This document shows, piece by piece, positions 29,217 through 39,565 of a stretch of 64,000 bases of DNA (position 1 is its first letter; each line of letters opens with the position of its first letter). Source of the DNA: Candidatus Heimdallarchaeota archaeon (GTDB taxonomy: Archaea; Asgardarchaeota; Heimdallarchaeia; Hodarchaeales; Hodarchaeaceae); contig CP070695.1 of the NCBI GenBank assembly GCA_020353515.1, positions 3,774,277 to 3,838,276 on the forward strand. The letters run 5' to 3'. The position numbers and the translations under genes were made by a program. The notes under the pieces were generated by a model. The model searched no databases and was not told the DNA's origin. It was given only the letters and a program-made list of their open reading frames with translations.

Positions 29217-29906
29217 GTGATAGGAATGGATTTACTACCTGACTTGGAGCCTACTCTTGAAATTTTAGATAAAATCGTTGCATTCGAAGAAAAAATGGAA
29301 ATTAATAGAATGTTGCTGTTTATAGCACTTGCTGGATTCATTACCATAATTGGAGGCTGGATTGAATATGTTTGTTATCACTTCCTGTCTATAGATTCAA
29401 CTTTCTTCATTCTCGGGTTAGCCTCCAATAGTGATCTAGTTTTACTTCTTGGTTTATGGCTTATCTACCTTTTACCCCTTCTTGGGGTTATTATCTTTAC
29501 TACTGGATTATCTCCTGGTTTTATCAATTGGAATAAGGCCTATCGAAAAGTAGGACTAATCATAATTGGATTATTTGTGCTTACCCATTTATTAGTGATC
29601 ATCTTTGGTAGTACCAATCCTCAATTAATACCTACAATATGGGGAATTACCGTTTCTCTTGGTTTTTTACTCACAAGCAGAATTCTTTATTTAGAAACGA
29701 AAAATAAACAGTTACAATCAGGGTTATTTATATTTGGAATATCTGCCTTGGTTCTTGGATTTTTTTCTTCATTAGTTATCTATCCAGGATCACCAGAATT
29801 GGCAATGTTTCTTTATTGTACAATTTTTGGTCTAATTTTAATTGGGGTGAGTATGACCGCTTATTGGAATGTAAGCAGGTTAACTGCAAAACAAAAGGAA
29901 GCTTAA
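29217..29906 (+). CDS. Hypothetical membrane protein (~6 TM)
   Basis: Hydrophobic segments; directly upstream of a wHTH regulator. Confidence 0.75.
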   Translation: MIGMDLLPDLEPTLEILDKIVAFEEKMEINRMLLFIALAGFITIIGGWIEYVCYHFLSIDSTFFILGLASNSDLVLLLGLWLIYLLPLLGVIIFTTGLSPGFINWNKAYRKVGLIIIGLFVLTHLLVIIFGSTNPQLIPTIWGITVSLGFLLTSRILYLETKNKQLQSGLFIFGISALVLGFFSSLVIYPGSPELAMFLYCTIFGLILIGVSMTAYWNVSRLTAKQKEA

Positions 29907-29926
29907 TTTAAAGACCAGGTGATAGA

Positions 29927-30289
29927 ATGGAAGAGAGTCCAGCATTAATGGAAGACCTCCTTAGTGGTTTGGATTCCAACATTCATGAACCAGTTCGCTT
30001 GGGAATACTAATGTTCCTACATCTTCACTCTTCCCTTGCGTTCAGTGTACTCCAGAAAGGATTGGGTGTAACATCAGGAAACCTGAACAGCCATTTAACA
30101 AAACTGGAATCGATCGGTTTTGTTACCAGAGAAAAAATGTTCGTAAATCTTCGCCCTAGAACTGTTATTCACATCACTACAGAAGGTAGAAGGTCTTTGA
30201 AGGAATATACTAAATCACTCAAATCAATTTTAGTTGGTATAGAGCAGGGAGTCGGTAAAGAATCTCCATTAGAAGTATATTCTCCCTAG
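29927..30289 (+). CDS. Winged-helix transcriptional regulator (HTH_34 / ArsR-MarR-like)
   Basis: IHEPVRLGIL..L, TSGNLNSHLTKLE..G, RPRT...IT.EGR. Confidence 0.9.
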   Translation: MEESPALMEDLLSGLDSNIHEPVRLGILMFLHLHSSLAFSVLQKGLGVTSGNLNSHLTKLESIGFVTREKMFVNLRPRTVIHITTEGRRSLKEYTKSLKSILVGIEQGVGKESPLEVYSP

Positions 30290-30295
30290 ATTCTC

Positions 30296-31447
30296 TTAAT
30301 ACTGTCCATATGTCCGAGTTGTTTTCATCATTGCTTTAAAATTATTTATTGGTGTTTCTGCTGGGCACTGGTCACCCGTGGAAAGAATATATCCACCATT
30401 GTATGCAGCATCATTTATGCATGATATAACAGCAGTTTCTACATTTAAGGGGGTACCAAGTAACATTATATCTATCGTATGTATGTTTCCCTTTAATCCA
30501 AGTCTGTTTCCGTATTCTTCCTTTACCGAGGCTAAGTGACAATCTCCCATTGGAGGCATCTCAAGTGGTTCAACTGAGGTAATTATAGTCTCTTTCGCTA
30601 CAATTTCAATTAATGCTAGTTCTTTACCACAGGCATGAAGATGACATGGAATTCCCTCTTGGTGTGCAAGTAGCGCTATCTCCTTCATTGTCCTTAAACT
30701 AAGCTCACGAATGATTTTTGGGGACTGAAAATGAAGCAAGCCCGAAGCACTAATTTGAATAGCATCAATGTTGAAAGATAGTCCTCTAATAACATATTCA
30801 AGGACATATTCATGAAATAAGTTACAGATCTCTCTAACAACGTCAGGTTGTTCATAATACATTTGTATAGCGCTTTCAAAACCTCCCTCAAGATTTTCAT
30901 GAAGCCAATGTAACCCAGGAACAGGAACGCTCAAACATACTACTCCATCATCTCCCATCTTTTCTTTAATACGATTATAATATACTGCAGTAAAATTTTG
31001 AGTGTCAGATGGGTTAAAGAGTTCCTCTACTTTCAAAAGATCCTCGGTCAAGCTTTTGATTGGCTTTTCAATCAAGATAGGAGGTTGGTTCCTATAATAA
31101 CGAGTTTTATATATTAGATCTCCTTGTTTAGCTTTAAAGACTGTTTGAGTGTCAATAAATTTCCCCTCCTTGTTTTTTTCAATGATCCTTTCTGTGAATT
31201 TTTCCTTATACGTTGGAGATGGATCTAATTTTCCTTGGTCTGAAAAACCATCTATTTCAAGCTGATTTACAGCAAACACCTGAGCTAGACCTAATGATGG
31301 ATCATTTCTAAAATAGATATCCCAGAAAGGTTTTCCAGTGAGTCTCGCAGGGATCATATTTGATATATCTGGGCAACAAGGCACATAATCAGGTTCTTCG
31401 TTAAGTAGAGCTGTGATAATATTTTCCCGTGGTGATCTAATAGACAT
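30296..31447 (-). CDS. Uroporphyrinogen decarboxylase / MtaA-CmuA family protein
   Basis: PDYVP, HLHACG, LKGNI, GGYILSTGDQCP. Confidence 0.85.
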   Translation of the reverse strand: MSIRSPRENIITALLNEEPDYVPCCPDISNMIPARLTGKPFWDIYFRNDPSLGLAQVFAVNQLEIDGFSDQGKLDPSPTYKEKFTERIIEKNKEGKFIDTQTVFKAKQGDLIYKTRYYRNQPPILIEKPIKSLTEDLLKVEELFNPSDTQNFTAVYYNRIKEKMGDDGVVCLSVPVPGLHWLHENLEGGFESAIQMYYEQPDVVREICNLFHEYVLEYVIRGLSFNIDAIQISASGLLHFQSPKIIRELSLRTMKEIALLAHQEGIPCHLHACGKELALIEIVAKETIITSVEPLEMPPMGDCHLASVKEEYGNRLGLKGNIHTIDIMLLGTPLNVETAVISCINDAAYNGGYILSTGDQCPAETPINNFKAMMKTTRTYGQY

Positions 31448-31462
31448 CCCAAACCTTTGTTA

Positions 31463-31771
31463 TTACCTTTCATTAGATATTGCAGCTACCTTATCTTCCA
31501 TTTTCCGGGATTTATCTCTACGATCATCAATTCGCAGCTGAGTAACAATCCTTTGAGCTCCAGTTTTTAAGATAGCTTCATGAGCTCTCTTTGTAACATC
31601 AAAAACTATGTCTAAAGAATCAGCTTCAATCACAGTTCCCATCGGATGGTGAATAACTCGAATTCCTTTGTATATATCTATTTCTTTTGCTGCTTCTTTC
31701 ACAAATTTACTCAAACTGGTCCCTTCTCCAACAGGATATGTTGTTATTTCTGCTATGATTTTAATACTCAT
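31463..31771 (-). CDS. MTH1187/YkoF thiamine-binding family protein
   Basis: PVGEGTSLSKFV, PMGTVIE, RIDDRRDK. Confidence 0.92.
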   Translation of the reverse strand: MSIKIIAEITTYPVGEGTSLSKFVKEAAKEIDIYKGIRVIHHPMGTVIEADSLDIVFDVTKRAHEAILKTGAQRIVTQLRIDDRRDKSRKMEDKVAAISNER

Positions 31772-31794
31772 TTAATCACCGTTCTTTATTCCTA

Positions 31795-32826
31795 TTATTC
31801 ATCTATTTCCTTCCAAATCCCCGCAGTATTACATGGAACTGGAATATCTTTCATTGTATGTAGCCCAGGATTCGCAGAGAAAATTATAGGAACTAAATTA
31901 GCAACCACCGCAGCTGTGCCTAAATCTCCATGAACTCCTCCTTCTATTTTTTGAGAAATTCGTGGAACACCTTCCACGACTACACTATCATATTCCTCAT
32001 GGTCACCAGCATACGCAATGAAATCTAATGTTATCAAATCTTCATCCTTCTTTATTGCCACAGCTTTACTTTGAAGTCCGCATACGAATCCTTTGGGTAT
32101 GGTACAATAAGAAGTTGTGATTTCTTTTTCTGCCAAGACTGCACTTGGAGGATATTCAATTATTTCTTCACATGTCATACCTAATGCAGACAGAATCATT
32201 TGGATAGACTGTGTTAAACCAACGTGGCCTGTTATTATCCGCTCGTCAATTTTCTCTCGAAACTCCTCAGTGGAAAGCCCAGTTCCAATTTTCTCTTGGA
32301 AAGGTCCTCTTCTCTTCGCAGAATTCATCATTCGTGTTATAGTGATCTTCTGAACAGTTTGACAGGGAGCTGTTAATACAATGGGCAATAGATCCATTAA
32401 ATAACCAGGATTTATGCCTGTACCAACCACAGACACATTGTGCGTTTTAGCAAGTTCATCAATTTCATCAGAAAGATCTGGAAAGTACTCAAATGGATAA
32501 GATAATTCTTCACAAATTGAAATAATGTTACAATCTGTCTTAATCGCCTCTATGATGAGTGGTGTAACCTTTTCAAGGGAGGAGGAAGTCGAAATTATCA
32601 CCACATCAGCTTGTTTCTCATGGAGAAGTTTTTCTAGATTCGATTCGATCGTTATTGCTGGTACGTTTGAAACTCCTATAATTTCACCTAATTCCTTACC
32701 TTCGAGAGTTGGGTCTATATCAACAGCGCCAATTAGATCAATATTCTCACGTTCAACTAATAGCTTCGTTATTCGCTGCCCCATCGGCCCTAATCCTACT
32801 TGAAGCACATTAAATTTGGTTTTCAT
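31795..32826 (-). CDS. 2,4-diaminopentanoate dehydrogenase / native amine dehydrogenase-like (DapB_N Rossmann fold)
   Basis: GLGPMG, ISICEEL, GTGINPG, KIGTG, GHVGL, GGVHGD. Confidence 0.8.
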   Translation of the reverse strand: MKTKFNVLQVGLGPMGQRITKLLVERENIDLIGAVDIDPTLEGKELGEIIGVSNVPAITIESNLEKLLHEKQADVVIISTSSSLEKVTPLIIEAIKTDCNIISICEELSYPFEYFPDLSDEIDELAKTHNVSVVGTGINPGYLMDLLPIVLTAPCQTVQKITITRMMNSAKRRGPFQEKIGTGLSTEEFREKIDERIITGHVGLTQSIQMILSALGMTCEEIIEYPPSAVLAEKEITTSYCTIPKGFVCGLQSKAVAIKKDEDLITLDFIAYAGDHEEYDSVVVEGVPRISQKIEGGVHGDLGTAAVVANLVPIIFSANPGLHTMKDIPVPCNTAGIWKEIDE

Positions 32827-32895
32827 CAGAATCAGACCCCTTAATTCAATTAAAGATAGTGATTAAGCAATTTTTCTAGTTGTACCTTTAGAATT

Positions 32896-33852
32896 TTACT
32901 TAAAAAACTTTTCAGCATTCTGCCAGTAAAACCTATCGAGTACGGATTGGGGGAGATTTAATCCATTTATAAAGGTAGGAGGATTCAGATTGTCCTCATC
33001 TGAAAAGGGTAACTTCACTTTCCGGACGTTAGTCTCCCAGAATATACGCTGTGCCCAGTATCGAGTAGGGAAATATTTCTCAGAACGATCAGCCCATCCG
33101 ACTGACAAATCAGTTGCAAAAAGAATTCTATCCTGATTACGGATTATAAAATCACGAGCTTGTTGAGGATCTTTCCCCAATTCGCGCACAATCCATTTTG
33201 TAGAAGCTGTATCAATATAAAAATTAGTAAATTTCTTAAAAATCTCTTCTAGTTTAATTAAATTATGAATTTCAGGTAAGGACCCGAAATGAACACTAAT
33301 TACCTTAAGAGACGGATGTCGTTCAAGTACTTCGTTAAATTCGTTGATCGCTTGAGTTTTTGTACGATAACGTTCAGAATCTTGGTACTTAGTAGAGTAC
33401 CAAATATCAGGATCAGCAACATGAATATCTAATGGCAGACCATAATCTTCAATTCGACTAAAAACGGGTTCAAAGATAGGGTCTGCAATGGATACCAGCT
33501 TCTCTGTGTTATAGAAATCGATCTGACGTGGGCCAAACCAAGTTTTGGTGAGCGAATAGTTTAAGCTATGAGCTTCGTCAACAGCTTCCACGATTCTTTC
33601 AGGTTTTTTTTCAGCGAAAGCTTGCATAGGTAAGTAGTACGCAAAAACAATATCAGAGGCTTTTCCATTCTGCTCCAGAGTTTTTTTAACATCGGGTTGA
33701 GCAATACCCATAAAACGTTTAACACCAAACATATGACCCCACTTCTCAAGATCACTAAACGCGTCAGCATCCCAGATATGGACATGAGAATCGCATATAT
33801 CTGTCTTAAGAGGGGGTAATCCTTCTAGTGGGTCTTTAAAATCGAAATTCAA
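32896..33852 (-). CDS. Amidohydrolase family protein (Amidohydro_2)
   Basis: DSHVH, IHVADP, VHFG, ILFATD. Confidence 0.85.
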   Translation of the reverse strand: MNFDFKDPLEGLPPLKTDICDSHVHIWDADAFSDLEKWGHMFGVKRFMGIAQPDVKKTLEQNGKASDIVFAYYLPMQAFAEKKPERIVEAVDEAHSLNYSLTKTWFGPRQIDFYNTEKLVSIADPIFEPVFSRIEDYGLPLDIHVADPDIWYSTKYQDSERYRTKTQAINEFNEVLERHPSLKVISVHFGSLPEIHNLIKLEEIFKKFTNFYIDTASTKWIVRELGKDPQQARDFIIRNQDRILFATDLSVGWADRSEKYFPTRYWAQRIFWETNVRKVKLPFSDEDNLNPPTFINGLNLPQSVLDRFYWQNAEKFFK

Positions 33853-34015
33853 TAAAATGCCTCTATATGATCAGACGAATTCGGAATATATTTGTGAATA
33901 CTCCAAAACTTTAACAGATAATAAAAAATTGCTTTAAGGTAGACACAAGAAATATGCCAAAGTGTTTTTATTTTAGTAAGATAGTCAACCTAGTAATCCT
34001 TGGGATAGTTATCTC

Positions 34016-34741
34016 ATGCCCCAATTAGTTTACATACCAATAAAAGCGATAATATTTGATTTTGATGGAACATTGGTTGATACAAAACATTATTACTTTG
34101 GATTATTAGCACAATATTTACAAGTTGATCTTACTCTCGTAATCTCGAAAGCAGATGAGATAACTTTCTCTAAGCTTACCTCACAAGAAAGAAATGTGAA
34201 ATGGAAAATCGTTAAGGCCCTGTATAAAGTTTCACGGGCTTTAGAATTTGGATATTTCAAATCATTAAGAGCCTTGTTTTATGTCATAAGAAATCAATCA
34301 AAACAGTTTTCTTTGGCTCAACCAACGAAGGACGCTGTAATTGCCTTAAAGCGATTACATTCTTCTGGAATTAAATTAGCCATCGTGAGTGATTCTCCCA
34401 GAAAAAAAATTGAAATCTTTATTACCAACCATCTCAAGGACACAAGTTATTTTTCCCCTGATCGAATTCTAGCCTCTGGGGAGTTTGGAAAACACAAAGA
34501 GGAAGGATTTGTTCACTTTATGCGAAAATTTCAATTAACAAACACTCCAAGAAGCTGTGCAATTATCGGAGACTTAGGTGGGGACATTATTGCGGGGAAA
34601 ACTGTAAGAGTCACAACATTTGGATTTGCAGCGGGCTATTCTTCTCCTGATACCTTAATGGAAACTGGACCAGATGGTATTTACGAGACTTTACTTGAAA
34701 TGGAAGGGGCAGTGCATCTGTTTTTAGCAGAGGAGAAGTAG
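34016..34741 (+). CDS. HAD family hydrolase
   Basis: FDFDGTLVD, IGDLGGD. Confidence 0.9.
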   Translation: MPQLVYIPIKAIIFDFDGTLVDTKHYYFGLLAQYLQVDLTLVISKADEITFSKLTSQERNVKWKIVKALYKVSRALEFGYFKSLRALFYVIRNQSKQFSLAQPTKDAVIALKRLHSSGIKLAIVSDSPRKKIEIFITNHLKDTSYFSPDRILASGEFGKHKEEGFVHFMRKFQLTNTPRSCAIIGDLGGDIIAGKTVRVTTFGFAAGYSSPDTLMETGPDGIYETLLEMEGAVHLFLAEEK

Positions 34742-34936
34742 CAATAATTAAAGAAAAAGGTTTAATTTTGATTAGCAATTTCCTGCTCTTCTAATAGCCT
34801 CCAACCATTTTCTCTTTTCTGTTTCTTCTGAGAATTTAACTCGACAATATTCTTTTAATGGATCAATATACTTTGAGGCATCCCACGCTCCTTGAAGAAG
34901 ATTGATGAGAAGAAATGAGACTTAATAAGCCTCCTA

Positions 34937-35131
34937 TTGCTAGACTTGAACCATAATCAGTTAGTTTCTCTTCCCAAAGAAATTCTAGAGCTAAAAAACC
35001 TACAATATTTGGATTTATCAAATAATATGCCCTTGAAAGAATTTGTTCGAGAATCTGGTTCCCCTCACAACGAAGAAAAAGGTTATTTAGCTGTACAAAC
35101 TTTTTTACAGGAGTTTCTTTCGAAAGAATAG
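34937..35131 (+). pseudogene. Leucine-rich-repeat protein remnant
   Basis: LDLNHNQLVSLPKEILELKNLQYLDLSNN (~1.5 LRR) plus a cap; in-frame stops immediately upstream. Confidence 0.65.
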
Positions 35132-35156
35132 TGATATTTACTCATATAAACATGCA

Positions 35157-36677
35157 TTAGTTCTCTACCCATCCTTTTGCTTTTTCAATGGCTTTATTCC
35201 AATGGTAGGTCATCCCTTGTCGCTTAGCATCATCCATTTGTGGTTTAAAGACACGATCTACTATCCATTTCTCACGCAACTCATTAAGATCCCAGAGTCC
35301 CACAGCAAGTCCAGCAGAATAAGCTGCTCCAAGAGCGGTGGTTTCTTCGATTTTTGGCCGAATACATTCGATATTTAATAAATCAGCTTGAATCTGCATT
35401 AGAAGATCATTCTTGGAAGCGCCGCCGTCTACTCGTAAACTCTGAAGTTTAATTCCACTATCTTTCTCCATAGCCTTGAAAACATCAAGTGATTGGAAAG
35501 CGATGGATTCCAGTACAGCACGAGTAATATGAGCACGATTACTTCCTCTTGTAAGTCCCACTAAGGTGCCTCGCGCAGTAGTATCCCAATGTGGGGCAAA
35601 TAGACCTACAAATGCTGGTACAAAATACACCCCACCATTATCAACGACGGAATTAGCCAGTTCTTCTGATTTAGAAGCAGAAGAGAAGAATTTTAATTGG
35701 TCTCGGAGCCATTGAATTGCTGCACCACTTATAGCAATACTTCCCTCAAGTGCATAGATTGTTTTTTTCCCGATTCCATACGCCACAGTCGTAAGAAGTC
35801 CCGAATCAGAGTGTACAATTTTATCACCTGTATTTAATAAAAGAAAATTTCCAGTACCGTAAGTATTTTTAGCCATACCTGGATTAAAACATGTTTGACC
35901 AAATAGGGCTGCTTGTTGATCTCCGAGATCTCCAGAGATAGGTGGATTACCATCTATCCCTTTGATTATTGTACGACCATAAAGATTTGGATCACTTGAC
36001 GGTCTAATTTCAGGTAACAATGACTTAGGAATTTTTAATTGTTCTACTAATTCATCATCCCAATCAAGCGTTCTAAGATCCATTAGCATTGTACGGGAAG
36101 CATTAGAAACGTCAGTAACATGTGTTCCCCCTTTGACACCTCCAGTTAGATTCCAAATCAACCACGTGTCGATGTTCCCAAAAATTAATTCTCCTTTTTC
36201 AGCTTTTGATTGAGCTCCTGGGACATTTTCTAGTAACCATCGGATTTTTGGGCCAGAAAAATAAGTAGCTATGACTAAACCAGTACGTTCTTTTACAAGA
36301 GGTTCTAAATCTTCTTTCCTGAGGTTTTCACAGATTTCAGCTGTACGAACACACTGCCAGACCACAGCATTATGAATAGGAAGCCCAGTCTTTCGATCCC
36401 AGACAATAGTTGTCTCACGCTGATTGGTTATACCAATAGCTACAAGATCTTTTAGTGAGATCTGAGCTTGATTAAGAGTTTCACGTATAACCAATTGAGT
36501 GTTTGTCCAGATGGTTAAAGGATCATGTTCAACCCATCCTGGATGAGGAAAAATCTGTTCATGTTCTCTATATTGAGAACCAGCTAAGTTACTATTCCTA
36601 TCAAAGACCATGAATCGTGTACCTGTAGTTCCCTGATCAACAGCCCCTATATACTCTTCTTTTGACATTTTTTTCAC
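35157..36677 (-). CDS. glpK: Glycerol kinase
   Basis: DQGTTGTR, GITNQRETT, TDVSNASRT, GDQQAALFGQ, KNTYGTG. Confidence 0.97.
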   Translation of the reverse strand: MKKMSKEEYIGAVDQGTTGTRFMVFDRNSNLAGSQYREHEQIFPHPGWVEHDPLTIWTNTQLVIRETLNQAQISLKDLVAIGITNQRETTIVWDRKTGLPIHNAVVWQCVRTAEICENLRKEDLEPLVKERTGLVIATYFSGPKIRWLLENVPGAQSKAEKGELIFGNIDTWLIWNLTGGVKGGTHVTDVSNASRTMLMDLRTLDWDDELVEQLKIPKSLLPEIRPSSDPNLYGRTIIKGIDGNPPISGDLGDQQAALFGQTCFNPGMAKNTYGTGNFLLLNTGDKIVHSDSGLLTTVAYGIGKKTIYALEGSIAISGAAIQWLRDQLKFFSSASKSEELANSVVDNGGVYFVPAFVGLFAPHWDTTARGTLVGLTRGSNRAHITRAVLESIAFQSLDVFKAMEKDSGIKLQSLRVDGGASKNDLLMQIQADLLNIECIRPKIEETTALGAAYSAGLAVGLWDLNELREKWIVDRVFKPQMDDAKRQGMTYHWNKAIEKAKGWVEN

Positions 36678-36749
36678 TTCAATGTGAAAATTGCTTGATC
36701 ACTACCCTATTTTCTTCAAATGATCTATCAAATTCTCAAATATCTCAAA

Positions 36750-37286
36750 TTATGTCTTGAAATGTTGATTAATTTGTTCTTTGATAATCTTAAAGGGAGA
36801 TGATATCTCGTGATTTTTTACCCGAATAATAGTGTAAGCCTTTGCTTGGGGGTATTGAGAGAAAAAATCATTTAAGAGGCTTTCTCTCACCACTAGAATA
36901 TTTCCCTGTTTTCGCTTTAGTACTGCATTGAGTATAGGATAATAACCACTCCCTTGAAGTTCTAAAGGACCGATTTCATCAAGGAAAATAAACTTACTAT
37001 CTAAACCTGCGTGGATACTATTGAGTACTCGCGTTAGATTGTTCTTATGAATACGAAATTGACCTATTGGTATAAATGTGTCTGTCTCTTGAGCCTCAAA
37101 TGGAATTTTTACCTTTTCAGTTATTATATAGAACCACTTCTTTTCATTTTGTAAGGTTATTACCCCGCTTGATAACACCTGCTTTTGATTTAGGTATTTT
37201 AATACCTCCCAACATAAGGTGGATTTTCCTGCCTCTATTGACCCTGTAATTATGAAAGAATAGTCATTCATGCTTATGATCAACAA
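36750..37286 (-). CDS. Nucleoside-triphosphatase (NTPase_1/THEP1-like)
   Basis: ITGSIEAGKST, FLDEIGPLEL.G.G. Confidence 0.8.
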   Translation of the reverse strand: MLIISMNDYSFIITGSIEAGKSTLCWEVLKYLNQKQVLSSGVITLQNEKKWFYIITEKVKIPFEAQETDTFIPIGQFRIHKNNLTRVLNSIHAGLDSKFIFLDEIGPLELQGSGYYPILNAVLKRKQGNILVVRESLLNDFFSQYPQAKAYTIIRVKNHEISSPFKIIKEQINQHFKT

Positions 37287-37385
37287 TCCAAATCAGGTAG
37301 TTTTGGTACAGAATTCATTATTATCTAAAAATTTTTTGCTACATAGATTTTATGGCTGATTCATAAATATTAAAATCACGCTAGA

Positions 37386-37994
37386 CTATTTTTTCCAAAA
37401 CTTAGGAATCAATGCTCCAGTTTGATGACGGTACTCAAGGTAAGGAGCCCCAAATCGCTTAATCAAATCCTTTTCTTCAAAATAAATATATATTGGAACA
37501 TAAATGACGATATAAAGTGTAATCCAAATAACAAGAAATAATGAATTGACAAATAAAGCGATAACGATGTATAAAGGCATCTCCCCCAGGACACCAGGAT
37601 GACGAATATGTTTATATATACCGCCATGGAGCTCAGTTTCTTTTGATGGTTTCATATGCTCCTCACCTCCATCCTGTATGGCTTTAATCAATATAATAAT
37701 ACATGGAATAGCGATAATAACTCCAACGAGAAATCCAAAGAATGGATCGGGATGGATATGCCAATTAAATTCGGGTACAGGAAACCAGATCCAAAGAATT
37801 ATATTTATGACCATGATACTGGCAAAAATACTCAGTATGATTCGAAACCAGTAGCACTCTTTCCACGCTTTCTCTCCTCGTTTTTCTTCCCTAGTCACAG
37901 GCATCACACTAATTATGCTAAAATAAGCAAACATTATTGCACTGACGTGTAATGAGCACAAATTCACCCATGGGATTAAATCAGAGCCATTCAT
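37386..37994 (-). CDS. Isoprenylcysteine carboxyl methyltransferase / PEMT family membrane protein
   Basis: GIYKHIRHP, EEKDLIKRFG.PY..Y. Confidence 0.85.
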   Translation of the reverse strand: MNGSDLIPWVNLCSLHVSAIMFAYFSIISVMPVTREEKRGEKAWKECYWFRIILSIFASIMVINIILWIWFPVPEFNWHIHPDPFFGFLVGVIIAIPCIIILIKAIQDGGEEHMKPSKETELHGGIYKHIRHPGVLGEMPLYIVIALFVNSLFLVIWITLYIVIYVPIYIYFEEKDLIKRFGAPYLEYRHQTGALIPKFWKK

Positions 37995-38110
37995 GAAAAT
38001 CCCTTAAAATCTAGTAGCCTGATTCTATCCCCAATTTGTCCCTTTATATATGAAAGCGTATCTGATGTACACCACGTATACTGAGAAGAAAAAGAATTGG
38101 ATGGTGGAAT

Positions 38111-39220
38111 TTATCCTACATCGGTTATTCCATCACTAGTTATTGCAAATACGGTTTCATTTTCAGGAAGTAACGGAGAGTCAGCGATTCTAGCGATCCT
38201 ACGCTCACCTTTAGACTTTCGAAGATATACACGAGTATGACTTGCATGAGCTACGATATTCCCACCAACAGGAGCCGTGGGATCACCAAAAAACATATCA
38301 GGTTTGGAATGAACCTGATTAGTAACTATTATAGCTAAATTCCCGACCTCAGCGACTTTGAGAAGAGTGTGAATATGCTGATTCAGTTTTTGCTGCCGTC
38401 CAGCTAGCGTTCCACGTCCAACATATTCAGCACGAAAATGAGAAATGAGGGAGTCAACAATTAGAAGCCCGATTCTTTCTGTTTGACTATCTTTGGCAAC
38501 TTTTTCTGCTAAAACCATTTGATGATCACTATTGTACGCTCTCCCATGCATGATATTTTTTAGGGTTTTTTTGATATTTAGATCCCCTTCCCAACGTTTA
38601 CTCATATCGAGGATTCTTTCAGGACGAAAAGTACCCTCAGTATCAATATAGACTACTTTTACAGGCTCATTATCATCCACATTCAATCCACCCATCTCAC
38701 GAGGAAGTTGAGCTGTAATACAGAGCTGATGAGCGATCTGGGTCTTACCTGTCCGGTATTCACCATAAAATTCTGTCATAGATCCTGTTTCGATCCCACC
38801 TCCAAAAAGATCATCAAGGGAAGCAGAGCCTGTGGTGATTTTTAACATATTTCTACGGCGTTCTAAGACTTCCTCAGCCGTAATGAAGCCAAAATCTAAA
38901 GCATCCCGAGCAGCTTGGATAATCTTCCTAGATGTCGCTTCTCCTAGATTACCAACTGCGACTAGTTCCCCGATACTTACTGTTGCAAGGGATTCCAATG
39001 TTCCAAAGCCAGAATCTTGAAGTTTCTTCGCAGTAGCAGGACCAATGCCTGGAAGATCTCCAATATCATTTATTCCTGCTTTATTATCCTTCAGTGTTGT
39101 GGGAGAGGTGCTTAATGCATCATTATTCAGAGGTTGTGAAACTACTTTAGATTCTTTAGAGTTTTTGTCCTCTTCCCCCTTTTTATTGCGCGATATTGTC
39201 TTTCTTTTCCGTGGTGGCAA
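38111..39220 (-). CDS. radA: DNA repair and recombination protein RadA
   Basis: HhH LPGIGP, GEYRTGKTQ, YIDTEGTFRPER, FRAEYVGRG, RQQKLN; no intein. Confidence 0.97.
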   Translation of the reverse strand: MPPRKRKTISRNKKGEEDKNSKESKVVSQPLNNDALSTSPTTLKDNKAGINDIGDLPGIGPATAKKLQDSGFGTLESLATVSIGELVAVGNLGEATSRKIIQAARDALDFGFITAEEVLERRRNMLKITTGSASLDDLFGGGIETGSMTEFYGEYRTGKTQIAHQLCITAQLPREMGGLNVDDNEPVKVVYIDTEGTFRPERILDMSKRWEGDLNIKKTLKNIMHGRAYNSDHQMVLAEKVAKDSQTERIGLLIVDSLISHFRAEYVGRGTLAGRQQKLNQHIHTLLKVAEVGNLAIIVTNQVHSKPDMFFGDPTAPVGGNIVAHASHTRVYLRKSKGERRIARIADSPLLPENETVFAITSDGITDVG

Positions 39221-39565
39221 TATTAATCAAACCTTGTATCTGATTTATGATAGATAATGTAAAACTAGACGTATTTTTAACTAAACAGAGTGTAAAATCA
39301 ATATGAAACTGGGTTAATTTGACAATTACTAATGTCACTGAGGAAAATGTAGATCCATAATATAGTAACTACGATGAGAAAGCCGATTCAAGAAGCTGAT
39401 AGAAATTTTAATCCTGCTTGGTATGGACTTGTATCATTTAGACAAAATTTTTTCACACTGATAGCGAAATAATCTGTTCGATCCATTTTCGTCATTTTCG
39501 ATGATCTCACTCTATGATCTGACACTTTGGGTAAAGAATGCTATGAGTTGTTCATTATTCTTCTT

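Noticed and set aside
38111-39220. Intein in RadA
   Set aside because: The ATPase core is continuous; the extra length is the N-tail plus a few-residue loop
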